Assembly (NCBI GenBank): GCA_000092065.1
Contig: CP000588.1
Strand: one strand, 5' to 3'
DNA: 64,000 nt
Source: Ostreococcus lucimarinus
Lineage: Eukaryota
Positions 20,326 to 30,775 of the stretch are shown one piece after another. The first letter of the stretch is position 1, and every line of letters begins with the position of its first letter. Below the pieces are notes generated by a model. The model was not told the origin of the DNA and did no database searches. It saw nothing but the letters and a program-made list of their open reading frames with translations. A program made the translations under genes and the position numbers.

Positions 20326-21921
20326 GCGGACCGGGGAAGCGGCGAGGAGGAATACGAGGAAGAGGACGCGATTCCGCGCGCGGCGGAGGCGGTGATGGAG
20401 GGATTTAAGAAACCGGCGACGTGCTGCGCGGTGGATCGATCGGGGGCGCGAATGGCGGCGGGATCTTCGGACGGCGTCGTGCGGTTGTACGATTTCAACG
20501 GGATGAAGCGGGATTTACAACCGTTTCGGTCGATCGCGCCGCGCGAGGGGTACCCGATACACGCCGTCGATTGGTCGCCGACGGGGGACATGTTCGTCGC
20601 GGCGAGCGGGAGCTGGCAGCCGACGGTGCACGACAGAGATGGGGTCGAATTGGGGGAATTCGACAAGGGCGACATGTACATCAGAGATTTGAGGAATACC
20701 AAAGGACACGTCGCGGCGACGACGGACGTGAAGTGGAACCCGCTGGATAAGGAGACGATTTGCACCGCGGGAGAGGACGGTGCGCTGCGTTTGTGGGACG
20801 TCACGTACCTGGGCGACGCGCGCGGGTCGCAAAAGGCGGTGCTCAAGCCGCAGCAAGTCAAGCCGGGGCGCGTGCAAGTGACGTCGTGCGCGTACTCGCA
20901 CGACGGAGATTTGATCGCGGGTGGAATCACGGACGGTAGCGTGCAAATCTTCTCGTCCAAGGGCTCGCAGTATAAATCCGCAACCATCGGCTTGGTCCTA
21001 CCGCCTTCGCAGCAGTGCAAACTCGACAACCACTGGACGTTCAACGGACGACCGAGTCATCTCTTCAAAGGCGCGCATCCGGCGGGCGAGGAGGTGACGT
21101 CGCTTTCGTTCGGTAGGGACGGTCGCACGCTGCTTTCGCGTTGCGAAGACGGTACGCTAAACGTGTGGGATCTGCGCAACGTCAAGGCGCCCTTGAAGCG
21201 GTTCGAAGATTTACCGACGCGCCACAGCGAAACCACGGTGGGTTGGTCGCCAAACGACGTGTACTTCTTCACCGGCGTCGACGCCGAGCGCGACTCGCGC
21301 GGCGGTAACACGCAGGGCGGTCTCTGTTTCTTCGACAGAGAAAAGCTCGAGATGGTGCATCGCGTTTCGACGCCGACGAATTGCATCGCGGCGACTTGGC
21401 ATCCGCGTCTGAACCAAATCTTCGTCGGCTGCGGCGACGCCAAAGGCGGGGAGTTGCGCGTGCTCTACGACCCCAAAAAGTCCATGGGCGGCATCACGCA
21501 GGCTGTGGGTAAAGCGGTGCGTAAAAAGGCGGATGATTTCGTCCGCATCGATGTGCAAGAAATTTCTTACACCCCGAACGCGCTACCAGCGTTCAAGGAA
21601 CAAATGCCGGGCAAACGCAAGCTCGACTCGACGGACATCGCGCGCCAGGCTCTGCGAAAGAACCCGAGCAAGGCGGTGACGAATATGGACAAGAGCGGTG
21701 TGTTGACCGGGGGCACGGGAGCATCGCTTCTCACGCAGCACATAATGCACAACAACGAAGAGCTCGGCGAAAAGAACTGGATGAAGACGGACGCGAGAGA
21801 GTCCATCCTGCGGCACGCCGAGAAAGCCGCCGCGAATCCGATGTTTACGAAAAAAGCTTACGAGCACACGCAGCCGAAAGAAATCTGGCGCGAGGAAGAA
21901 AAAGAAGGAGATTCCGATTGA
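20023..21921 (+). CDS. WDR70: WD-repeat protein 70 (WDR70)-like
   Basis: An acidic/Gly-rich N-terminus (GGC-repeat-encoded poly-Gly at about 20281-20320) is followed by WD40 blades: GMKRDLQPFRSIAPREGYPIHAVDWSPTGDMFVAASGSWQPTVHDRDG...KGDMYIRDLRNTKGHV...GALRLWDV, and the conserved C-terminus KKAYEHTQPKEIWREEE. An alternative start at 19912 overlaps the divergent DUF455 ATG. Confidence 0.7.
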
Positions 21922-22006
21922 TTAGCGCGAGGAGAATCCGATTGATTAGCTTGGCCTAGCGCGCGTGGTAATTTACACATTCTTCTACAGCGACTCGAAT
22001 CGCTTC

Positions 22007-23071
22007 TCAGCGCCGACCCATCAGATGGCCCATGAGTTTGTTCGTGACGGCAGCCTTCTTTTGCGCTTGCGTCTTTTCGGGCTCGGCGTCATCCAACGCG
22101 AGATTCGATCCATTTTCTACGACCCGCACGGTTGGTTTCGCGGGTTCCGCCGCGAGCGCTATCAAGTCGGCGCGCAACAGCGCCTCGGCGTCTCGCGCCG
22201 ACGCGAAGGACGTCGCGCCCTTCGCTCCCACGCGCACGCGCGCCGCGGGCGCCATCCCCGCGCTCAGCAGCGTCGCATCGTCGTTTCGAGAGAAAACGCG
22301 CTTTGGTGGCGTCACGAACAATTCCACGCTCTCGGCCACCGCTCGATCGCGCGCGCATCGCGCGACGAACTCGTACAAGTCTCGCACGCGCTCGCTCGCC
22401 GCGAACGACGCCTCGACGACCAAATCGCTCGGCGGTGGCAGCGTGAACCGAATCGCCGCGCGCGTCGGTTTCGGCTTCCCCATCGCCGCCGCTTCTCGCA
22501 TCTTCTTCGTCATCAACACCGGCTCTTCCCTCGACCTTTTCATCAGCGCCGCCGCGTCCGTCGTCGTGAGCTCGTAAAACGCCTCGGGCAGGTCCTCCCC
22601 CGCGTCGTTCGGCCCCTCCTCGATCTCCACCTCCCGACGTATCACCCTGAACGCCCGTCCCAGCGCGTCCAGCGCGCGCGCATCGCCCGTCCCATCGCCC
22701 GTCGCCTCGACCGCCTTCTCCGTCGTCGTCGTCGTCGTCGTCGTCGTCGCGCGTCTCGCCGTCGTCGCGCGTCTCGCCGTCGTCCGCGCGCCCTCCTCTC
22801 GCCGCCGCGCCTCCACGCGCGCGCCTCGCGGGTGATTGAGGTACCGAATCGCCGTTCGCAGGTCGTCGCTCGACGCGCGTGCGCCGTCGACGGTGACCTC
22901 GTGCGTCGGCGCCGCGCCGTCGTCGGTCGTCTCGATCGTCATCGTCGTCGTCGCGCCGCGCGTCGCGCGCAGCTTCGCCGCGCACGCCGCGACCGCGTCG
23001 CCGAGCGTCATCATCGGCGTCGCGTCGACGACGACGCGCGCGCCGTCGACGCGCGCCTCGAACGGCGGCAT
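22007..23071 (-). CDS. UBX domain-containing protein
   Basis: The C-terminal UBX fold reads TRAAIRFTLPPPSDLVVEASFAASERVRDLYEFVARCAR...VELFVTPPKRVFSR. The start is a guess (MPPFEARV...), because the ORF is open further upstream. Confidence 0.5.
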   Translation of the reverse strand: MPPFEARVDGARVVVDATPMMTLGDAVAACAAKLRATRGATTTMTIETTDDGAAPTHEVTVDGARASSDDLRTAIRYLNHPRGARVEARRREEGARTTARRATTARRATTTTTTTTTEKAVEATGDGTGDARALDALGRAFRVIRREVEIEEGPNDAGEDLPEAFYELTTTDAAALMKRSREEPVLMTKKMREAAAMGKPKPTRAAIRFTLPPPSDLVVEASFAASERVRDLYEFVARCARDRAVAESVELFVTPPKRVFSRNDDATLLSAGMAPAARVRVGAKGATSFASARDAEALLRADLIALAAEPAKPTVRVVENGSNLALDDAEPEKTQAQKKAAVTNKLMGHLMGRR

Positions 23072-23199
23072 CGCGTCGCGGCGTGCGTCGTCGAGTGCGG
23101 ATTCGGATTCGGCGACGCGCCGCAGATTCCGACGCCGCGCGCGACGGCCCGCGACGACGCGCGCCGCGACGCGCACCGCGACGCGCCGCGCCGCGCGCG

Positions 23200-25807
23200 A
23201 TGGCCAAGCTCGGGAAGCGCGCGAAGAAGTTTCAGCGGAAACACCTCGACGCCGAGCTCCGCCGCCGGAAGACAAGGAAGATTAAAAAACAGCGCGATGG
23301 CGCGCGCGCGCGACGCGCGGAGGCGCGAAAGAGCGATGAAGGTGCGTCGGCGCGATGCGGCGAACGAATCGCGGGCGCGGACGGGGACCGGACGCGGGGG
23401 GGGCGAGGGATGGGTGACTGACGCGAGGGACCGGGTTCGGGGCGACGCGCGAACAGAGAGCGACGACGACGAGGAGAGCGAGGAGAGCGACGCGAGCGAG
23501 GGCGAGGCGCCGGGGGGGGGTGGGAAGAAGAGGGTTGAGGATATGTCGATCGATGAGTTTTTGAATCAGAGCGATTTCGAGGACGAGGACGAGGAGGAGG
23601 AGGAGGAGGAGGACGACGAGGCGGCGGCTGAGAGCGAGAGCGAGAGCGAGAGCGAGGACGCCGGGACGGATGAGGACGAGGAGGAATCTTCGGATGAGGA
23701 CGAGGAGGACGATGATTTGAAAGGGGTGACGCGTGAGAACGGTAAGATGCGGGAGGACGTGAAGTCGCACAAAAAATCGTTGGAGAAGCTCAAGGAGACG
23801 GATCCCGAATTTTATGAGTTTTTGCAAGAGGAGGATCAGGACCTGCTCGAATTTGACGAAGACGAAGACGAGGACGATGAGGACGATGAGGACGAAGACG
23901 AAGATTCTGGTGATGAACGTGCAGAGCGAAAGAAGAAAAAGTTGCGAACGCTCACGACGGAAATCGTCAAGAAGTTGTGCGCCAACGCCGAAGGAGGGAA
24001 ATCTCTGGGCGGCGCGAAAGCTTTATTCCAGGCGTATAGAGCGGCGTGTCACTTTGGCGACGATGAAAACGATGGTGATGAGTCGAGCGTGCGTTTGGCA
24101 TCTTCGAGCGCGTTTCATGAACTCGTTCAATTCACTCTGATGAATGGCGACGGCATCCTCAGAGCATTGCTCGGGGTACAGGACGACGAAATCGACGACG
24201 GAAACCGGTCTTTCAAACCTCACACCAACGCCAGATGGAAGAAAGTTCAACCGTTAGCGAAATCGTTCGTTGGAAATACTTTGCACTTGCTCGGCAACCT
24301 CACCGATGCCGAAATGACGGGCATGGTGCTCCGACAACTGAAAGCTTCAACTCCATTCATGGCGACGTTTGAGCGTTTAATCAAACGAGTCACGCGTACT
24401 GCGTTACACTGCTTCGGTAGTGGTGAACCTTCCGTGCGAGTTCAAGCTATTTTACTCCTTCGAGCACTAGCGGTTGGCTTGCCACCGCCGGCTCTGGAGC
24501 GAGTCGCCAAGGGTGTTTACAGAACGTTTGCATCAAACGCCAAGTTTGTCAACGCCGAGTCTGTGGAGCATATCGCGTTCATGTCGACGTGCGTGGTCGA
24601 AATCTTTGGTCTCGATCAGCAACAATCCTATCCGTTAGCGTTCACGTACATAAGACAGCTCGCTTCTCTTCTTCGCGGTGCGCTGACTGCGAAGAGTAAG
24701 GAAGCTTTCCGAAACGTGTACTGCTGGCAATACGTGAACTGCCTGGAGTGTTGGGAACGCGTGTTAAGCGCACACGCGCGAAGCGAGGATGCCCCGTTGA
24801 GACCTTTAGTGTATCCTTTGGCTCAAGTCGCCCTCGGTGCCGCGCGTTTGTTGCCTTCGGCTCGTTATGCTCCGCTTCGGTTGCGACTCGTGGCTTTGCT
24901 CAACCGTTTGGCGGCGAGCACCGGGCGTTTCATCCCGATTGCGCCTTTGCTCATGGAACTTCTTACTTTTAGCGAGCTCACAAAGCCGCCGGTGTCATCC
25001 AAAGCGCACCCTCCGGATTTCACGATAGTGCTTCGCCTAGCGAAGCAAGATTTGCGTCTACCAGGAGTCCAGGACATCATCGTTGAGTCGTCCATGGAGG
25101 CGCTCGCTGAGCACTTACACCAAAACGCCTACTCTCCAGCGTTTCCTGAGCTTGCGCACATCCCGACGCGAGAGCTTAAGAAGTTTTGCAAATCTGTCAC
25201 GGTCACTCGGTTCAAAAAGTCTGCTCGAGCGGTTATCGATGCAGCTGAGCGGACGAGTGACTGGGTCATTCGCAAGCGCGACAACGTCGACTTTGCGCCG
25301 AAAGATTTAGCAAAGGTGCAAAACTTTTTGAGCGCTGAGAAAGCCGAAGGCAAAGCGCCAGTGTCTCGTCTGGCTAAGACGCTTCATGAGAAGGCTGCAC
25401 AACGCATTGCTGCGCAGCAAGCGACGGAAGTGAAGCTCACGCGCGGTCAGAAAGCATCCACTGGCGCATCCGATAGCGATGAAGACAACCAAGACGAAGA
25501 CGAGCCGGCGGACGAACCGATGGACGGTAACGACGACGAAGAAGACGGAAGCGAGGAGTTTGGCGGCAGTGATAGCGATTCCGACGATGTCATGATCGAC
25601 GGTGACGAGGCGTACGCGGAATTCAAGAAGCGCAAATCCAAGACAAGCGACCACGACGACCTCCAAGGCGACGAGGACAAAGTCGAGGACCTGCAGCTTT
25701 CGTCGGACGACGACGAAGATGACGACGACGCGCCGCCGCGTAAGTCCTCGAAGTCGGCTTCGAAGTCGGCTTCGAAGAAGTCGGCTTCGAAGAAGCGGCG
25801 ATATTGA
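23200..25807 (+). CDS. NOC2: nucleolar complex protein 2 (NOC2) homologue; two exons (23200..23341 and 23457..25807)
   Basis: Exon 1 reads MAKLGKRAKKFQRKHLDAELRRRK...KSDE. The donor is G|GTGCGTCG, a TGACTGAC branch motif is present, and the acceptor is ACAG. Exon 2 carries acidic tracts and the Noc2 signature HKKSLEKLKETDPEFYEFLQEEDQDLLEF, followed by the helical Noc2 body. The phase-1 junction joins two different ORF-track frames consistently. Confidence 0.75.
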
Positions 25808-25948
25808 AAATCGTAGTTTTGTAATTATGAATTTGTGAATTCCTGAGGAAGAAAACGAAAAGGGAGACGGCGGGACGCCCAGAAACGCTCGCACGCGCGC
25901 CGTCGCCGCACAGCGTCGCGCGCCGTCTACCGAGTCCGAAGAATCATC

Positions 25949-27331
25949 ATGCATCTACGTAGACGCGCGCGCAGCGCGATCGTCCTCATCGTCGCGCTCG
26001 CGCACGTCGCGCGCGCGACGGCATACCAATCGCCGTTTCGACGCCACCTCCTCGAGGAGCGCACGTGGCTAATGAACAAGTTCGGCGTGCCGCCCGGCGA
26101 AGAAACGTCGTGCGTGGAAAAGCCTTATAGGTCCACGTGCACTTTGGGCATTAATTGGGACGTAATGTGCGCGCACAGAGTGGATGTCGGCTCGTCGACC
26201 GATCCCACGGAGTGCATCTGCACGCACTGCCCGACCACGTGCGCAGACGTGAACGGGGTGACGGACAGTGCTGATTCGCTGACGGGCACAGTCGACACGT
26301 GCACTGAGATCTATAACTGTACGGAGTTTCTGATGGGTATGAATTGGCATCTCATCGGAAATCCGGACAGTTACCCGTGGAATGAAACTGATTCGTACGG
26401 TTGCGGATGCGGCGTGAGCGTTTGTCCAAGCCCGCCGCCGAGTCCGCCGCCGAGCCCACCGCCGAGTCCGCCGCCGAGTCCGCCGCCGAGTCCGCCGCCG
26501 AGCCCACCGCCGAGCCCACCGCCGAGCCCACCGCCGAGCCCACCGCCGAGCCCACCGCCGAGCCCACCGCCGAGCCCACCGCCGAACCCACCGCCGAGCC
26601 CACCGCCGAGCCCACCACCGAGCCCACCGCCGAGCCCACCACCAAGCCCACCACCGAGCCCGCCAGTGCCAATCGACCGCATTGTTAACGCGACATCCAC
26701 GCTCGTGGGCTATTCATCAAGCGATTTTGACGCGAGTCGGCGCGCGTTCTTTCGCGTGGGTATTGCTAGCGCTCTGTCCGCAATCGACTCGGATGATGTT
26801 GGAATCACGAGCATTACGGATGTCATCGCTAAACGCAGAAGGCGCCTACTCCAATCCATGGCTGTGGATATAGATTACTACGTCTTTGTCGATTCCTTGA
26901 CCAATACGACACTCGTAGAAGTCTCGTCGACGCTAAACACGGCACCACTGCTCACATCTTTACAATCTAGCGGATTGGTTGCCGTGACGGCGGTATCGAC
27001 CGCGGTGCGTGCGCTTCCTTCACCGCCGCCATCACCGCCTCCGGCGCCATCAATCTCTGGTTCCGCCTCGCAAAACATTTCTGCGAACGCTACTTTGACG
27101 GTTGCTGAACAAGATCCTGACTTTTCCGGAGCGCGTGTGGCCGGACTATTTGCCGGTGCGGCCGCAATGTTGTTCACATCCGTCGCGTACCAGTACAGAC
27201 AAAGCATGTTCAACTTATTTCAAACGCGTGCGTCCAAACCAACCAACACCGCCGGCGGTTCGAGAAAGTCCGCATTCGACGATAAGTCATCCAACGCCGC
27301 CGAAGACTTCATCACAAAGGCCTGCGAGTGA
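25949..27331 (+). CDS. extensin-like hydroxyproline-rich glycoprotein: signal peptide, Cys-rich module, (SPPP)n, Ser/Thr-rich stalk, C-terminal transmembrane helix
   Basis: The signal peptide reads MHLRRRARSAIVLIVALAHVARA. A Cys-rich module with about 14 Cys follows, then about 22 tandem SPPP units, a second short SPPPSPPP, and a C-terminal hydrophobic helix GLFAGAAAMLFTSVAY. Confidence 0.6.
   Translation: MHLRRRARSAIVLIVALAHVARATAYQSPFRRHLLEERTWLMNKFGVPPGEETSCVEKPYRSTCTLGINWDVMCAHRVDVGSSTDPTECICTHCPTTCADVNGVTDSADSLTGTVDTCTEIYNCTEFLMGMNWHLIGNPDSYPWNETDSYGCGCGVSVCPSPPPSPPPSPPPSPPPSPPPSPPPSPPPSPPPSPPPSPPPSPPPSPPPSPPPNPPPSPPPSPPPSPPPSPPPSPPPSPPVPIDRIVNATSTLVGYSSSDFDASRRAFFRVGIASALSAIDSDDVGITSITDVIAKRRRRLLQSMAVDIDYYVFVDSLTNTTLVEVSSTLNTAPLLTSLQSSGLVAVTAVSTAVRALPSPPPSPPPAPSISGSASQNISANATLTVAEQDPDFSGARVAGLFAGAAAMLFTSVAYQYRQSMFNLFQTRASKPTNTAGGSRKSAFDDKSSNAAEDFITKACE
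26427..26670 (+). repeat. tandem 12 bp coding repeat (AGCCCACCGCCG/AGTCCGCCGCCG), about 20 units, encoding (SPPP)n
   Basis: The units are near-perfect and differ mainly by synonymous substitutions in the Ser codon. The opposite strand reads (GGLG)n. Confidence 0.85.
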
Positions 27332-27523
27332 TTGCTAATGAATGAAATAATCAAGACATTTTATTAATAACACGCCGGAGAGCCATGGCGGCTCCCAGAA
27401 CGAAAGAATAGAGATCGAAATACATATATGCGCGCCAAGCTCGATGGTGTTAAAAGTAAAAGGCGGTATACAACTCTTCTGGAAGAGAATTCGGAAAATT
27501 GAATTTATTGATTTGTGACGGTT

Positions 27524-30190
27524 TTAGTTCGGTGGTTCGGAAGATCCACCACCCAAGGTGTCCAATGCCTTCATGAACGCCTCGTGGGCCTGAGGCGTTC
27601 CCGGTCCACGTGACGGGGCGCCGCTCGGCTGAACGCTAGAACCAAAACGATTCATCATCGATAGCCAAGCTGGGTTCATGGGCTGATTCATCATCGGGTG
27701 GGCACCAAACATGTTCATAGCCATTCGCGGTGCTGCCATGGATGGTGTAAAAGCACTTGTCAAGGCGGGTTGAAATCCAGACGCGGATGATACTGGAGTC
27801 ACGCGCGAGGTTTGCCCTTGCGTCCAAGGCATGGCGGATGCGTTGCTTGCTCCAGAACCTTGAGGCTGCGGTTGCGAGCCGCTCGCCGACGGTCTTTGCA
27901 CGGTCACTGCGCCCACTCTCGCACTCGCAGCTTGACGGGCGTTCCCATCATCTACGTATTGCAAGTCATTCAGCCAACGTTGCGTCACCTGCGTCTGCAG
28001 TGCCTGAACGCTCGCAACAGTAGCTGGTTCAGCCTTGACTCCGGTCAAGGTGGAATTGGACTTCGCACTCGTCGCGCTCTTTCCACCATTTTCACCCGTT
28101 CCGCCAGAGCCTCCAGAGTCAGAGTCGTTCGTCGGCGATTTCCTCGAAAGTTCCATAGTTTTCACCTGTTCGGAAACCTCGCGAACAAGCGCGTTGGCCA
28201 AAAATGGCAACTGCGTGGAAATCAAAGACGCAATCTCGGCCTGATTCAAGCCTTGACTTACTGCAGCGGTGGCGACAGCTGAAACGGATATTCCGATGCG
28301 CCATCCCGTGGTTTTGGCTAATGTCACAGCGATTTCTATCGCTTCTGAGCTATGACCAAGATTTTGGAGCACGATTTGCGCGACTTCTTCTCCAGCGCGC
28401 GACGCTACCATCCCGGCGTTATTCGCCGCATGGTCCACATCGAAGCCGACAACTTGAGTCATGAGTACCAATATCGCGCGTTGCATCTCGTTTTGTGCGT
28501 TGGCACCGTGCGCGATAGCAGCGGCGGTACTCAAAGCGTTTTTCTTCGCGGCATCTTTCACGGGAGCGGTGAGCGCTGCCGCACCGTCGGGTCGTTCTAC
28601 CCTTCTGCGACCACTTCCCTTTGGTAAATTGCGCTGCGTTCCGCCCTCGGTCCAGTACCTTTGGCACGATCGACAGTAATGTCGAGGTTGTGTCGGTAAC
28701 CCATTGTTGTAGTAACAAAATCGTGTCTTTTCCGAACCGCATCTTGCACACGGGCGATGCGAACTTTCCACCGGCTTGGAACCCGCGTCGACGGCGTTGA
28801 CGCCAGTCGTCGTTCGATCCTGCGTCGTAGTCGTTTTCCCCATCGCTTCCGCAGCAACTGCTGTGTCGGTTTTTGTTGACTCGTGCGCTTTCGTCCCCGT
28901 CTGCGTGCCTCGCGCCGGTGATAGCTGTTTTGTCGTGTTCCTGTCCGCCGGAGCCGCCTTATCCACTGTGCTCTTTTCTTCTGCGTCGTCGGCGACACCT
29001 TGTCTCGAGGCGTCGCTCGAGCCGTTGTTGCTGTTACCACCACTACCATTGTCACTCGTACCGGTCTTTTTCGGTGCGACCGCTGTCGCACCAGACGCGG
29101 TAGCGCCCGGTCGCTTCGAACTATTGCAAGGCCCGTCGGCGCGCTGCGAGACGTATCGTTGTTCGTTACCCGAATCCCCGCTCGATCGCGCGTCTGGATC
29201 TGCGTCGCTATTCGATCCCTTGCGACCGTTTTGGTCGCTTGACCCATCGTTAGAGCCGCCGTGTTTGCCATCGTCCGAAGTCGTGTCGCTGCTCGACACC
29301 GGCAGGTGCGAACGCTTCGTCCCGTGAGGATCCAGCTTTGCGGCGTTCGCCGCGCCGATGGCTTGCAACTCGGCGGCACTCAAGCTCGGCGCCATGCGCA
29401 TGGATTCAAAAATCGTGGCCAGCTTGGACATTGAAGTCGGTTTATCGACGTGACAGTCAAATGCCACAGAACTGGCGTGTTCTTTGAGCTCTTGGTCCGT
29501 GAGCGACGTCACGGCGATGATGGGCATACGCCTGAGCGCCTGCTTCTCCTCCATCGCTCGAATCCCCGTCGCGATTTCGTATCCATCCATCGTGGGCATC
29601 ATCAAATCCATCAAAATCCCTTGAATCTCCGCGTGATTTTCTCCGTACAATCGCAACGCCTCCGCGCCCTCGCCCGCCTCTATGCTTTGATAACCCATCT
29701 TTCCGATTTGCCCCGCCTGAAACTTTCGCACCGACGCCACGTCGTCCACGATCAACACCGACTTCCGATCATCCGTAGTCGTCGTCGCCGTCGCCGTCGC
29801 GCGCGTCGCACGTCTCCCCGTCGAAACCACGGGCGTCGTCATCGCCACCTCTCCCGTCCCTTTCCCTCCTTCCTCCTCGCGCGTCGGCAATCGCCCCTCG
29901 TCCCTGAGCGCCGCGAGCGCGTCTCGCAGCCGCCCGAGCGCGAAGCTCCCTCGCCCCTCGGGATCGACAATCTTTTCGCACCGTCGCAGCATATCGTCTT
30001 CGTGCGCCCCCACGTGCGCCCCGAGCGCTCTGACGAGCGCTCCCACGCGCGACGTCGGAATCTCCCCTCGCCGCGCGCGCGCGCCTCCGCGCGCCCCCGC
30101 GCTCGACCCCAACAGCGTCGCCGCCGCGCCGTACGCCCCCGCGATCTCGCGTTCGCTCGGCGCCTCTCCGACATCGCTCGCGCGCGCCAT
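27524..30190 (-). CDS. two-domain regulator: response-regulator receiver (REC) domain fused to a Dof-type C2C2 zinc finger
   Basis: The REC domain reads [30 protein letters not shown]...[14 protein letters not shown]...MPIIAVTS, with the acidic pocket and the phospho-acceptor Asp present. The Dof finger reads [44 protein letters not shown] long Ser/Gly/Thr-rich linker separates them and the C-terminus is Gln/Met/Pro-rich. The ATG at 30190 was checked. Confidence 0.7.
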   Translation of the reverse strand: MARASDVGEAPSEREIAGAYGAAATLLGSSAGARGGARARRGEIPTSRVGALVRALGAHVGAHEDDMLRRCEKIVDPEGRGSFALGRLRDALAALRDEGRLPTREEEGGKGTGEVAMTTPVVSTGRRATRATATATTTTDDRKSVLIVDDVASVRKFQAGQIGKMGYQSIEAGEGAEALRLYGENHAEIQGILMDLMMPTMDGYEIATGIRAMEEKQALRRMPIIAVTSLTDQELKEHASSVAFDCHVDKPTSMSKLATIFESMRMAPSLSAAELQAIGAANAAKLDPHGTKRSHLPVSSSDTTSDDGKHGGSNDGSSDQNGRKGSNSDADPDARSSGDSGNEQRYVSQRADGPCNSSKRPGATASGATAVAPKKTGTSDNGSGGNSNNGSSDASRQGVADDAEEKSTVDKAAPADRNTTKQLSPARGTQTGTKAHESTKTDTAVAAEAMGKTTTTQDRTTTGVNAVDAGSKPVESSHRPCARCGSEKTRFCYYNNGLPTQPRHYCRSCQRYWTEGGTQRNLPKGSGRRRVERPDGAAALTAPVKDAAKKNALSTAAAIAHGANAQNEMQRAILVLMTQVVGFDVDHAANNAGMVASRAGEEVAQIVLQNLGHSSEAIEIAVTLAKTTGWRIGISVSAVATAAVSQGLNQAEIASLISTQLPFLANALVREVSEQVKTMELSRKSPTNDSDSGGSGGTGENGGKSATSAKSNSTLTGVKAEPATVASVQALQTQVTQRWLNDLQYVDDGNARQAASARVGAVTVQRPSASGSQPQPQGSGASNASAMPWTQGQTSRVTPVSSASGFQPALTSAFTPSMAAPRMAMNMFGAHPMMNQPMNPAWLSMMNRFGSSVQPSGAPSRGPGTPQAHEAFMKALDTLGGGSSEPPN

Positions 30191-30630
30191 GACGCCGCGA
30201 AATCATTTCTCCCTGTCTCCACCGATCGCGCGTCGCCCTCACCCCGTCGCGCGTCGCGCGCCGCCGTCGAATCGAATCGAATCCCCGACGCTTTTCGCCC
30301 GTCGCGCGGGTGCCGCGGACGAATGAATGCGCGCGCCTTCCCGCGCGCGACCGCCGTCGCGCCCGCGCCGATCCCTGAATCCGACGCGTGAATCTTTTCT
30401 CCGCGCACCGTCGCGTCGTCGCGTCGTCGTCGCGCGTCGCGCGTCGCGCGTCGTCGTGTGCGCGGTGACGCGCGCGAAAAAGCGCGCGCCGCGCGCGCGC
30501 GACCACGAAAAAGCGCGCGCGATCGCGCGCGCGCGAGATTGTCGTCGACGGCGTTCGCGCGTGTCTTTATACGAGTCTTTATCCGCGCCGAGCCATCCGA
30601 GCCCGTGCGATCTCATCCGATCGCGGCCGC

Positions 30631-30707
30631 GTCGAGACCCACGCGTGGCGACGCGCGGAGACCCACGCGTGGCGACGCGCGTCGAGACCCACGCGTGGCG
30701 ACGCGCG
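30631..30707. repeat. three tandem copies of an about 25 bp unit GAGACCCACGCGTGGCGACGCGCG(TC), about 70-145 bp upstream of the ArgRS start
   Basis: Each unit carries the palindrome CACGCGTG (ACGCGT core). It lies in the 5' flank and 5' UTR of the 30776 gene. Confidence 0.6.
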
Positions 30708-30775
30708 TCGATCGACGCGCGGCGGCGCGCGCGAGACGGCGACGCGCGACGCGCGACGCGCGCGAGACGGCGACG

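Noticed and set aside
26427-26670. A regular 12 bp repeat array, superficially like a CRISPR array.
   Set aside because: It is a perfect tandem coding minisatellite with no spacers, lying inside an ORF and encoding (SPPP)n. It is not a CRISPR array, and the genome is eukaryotic.
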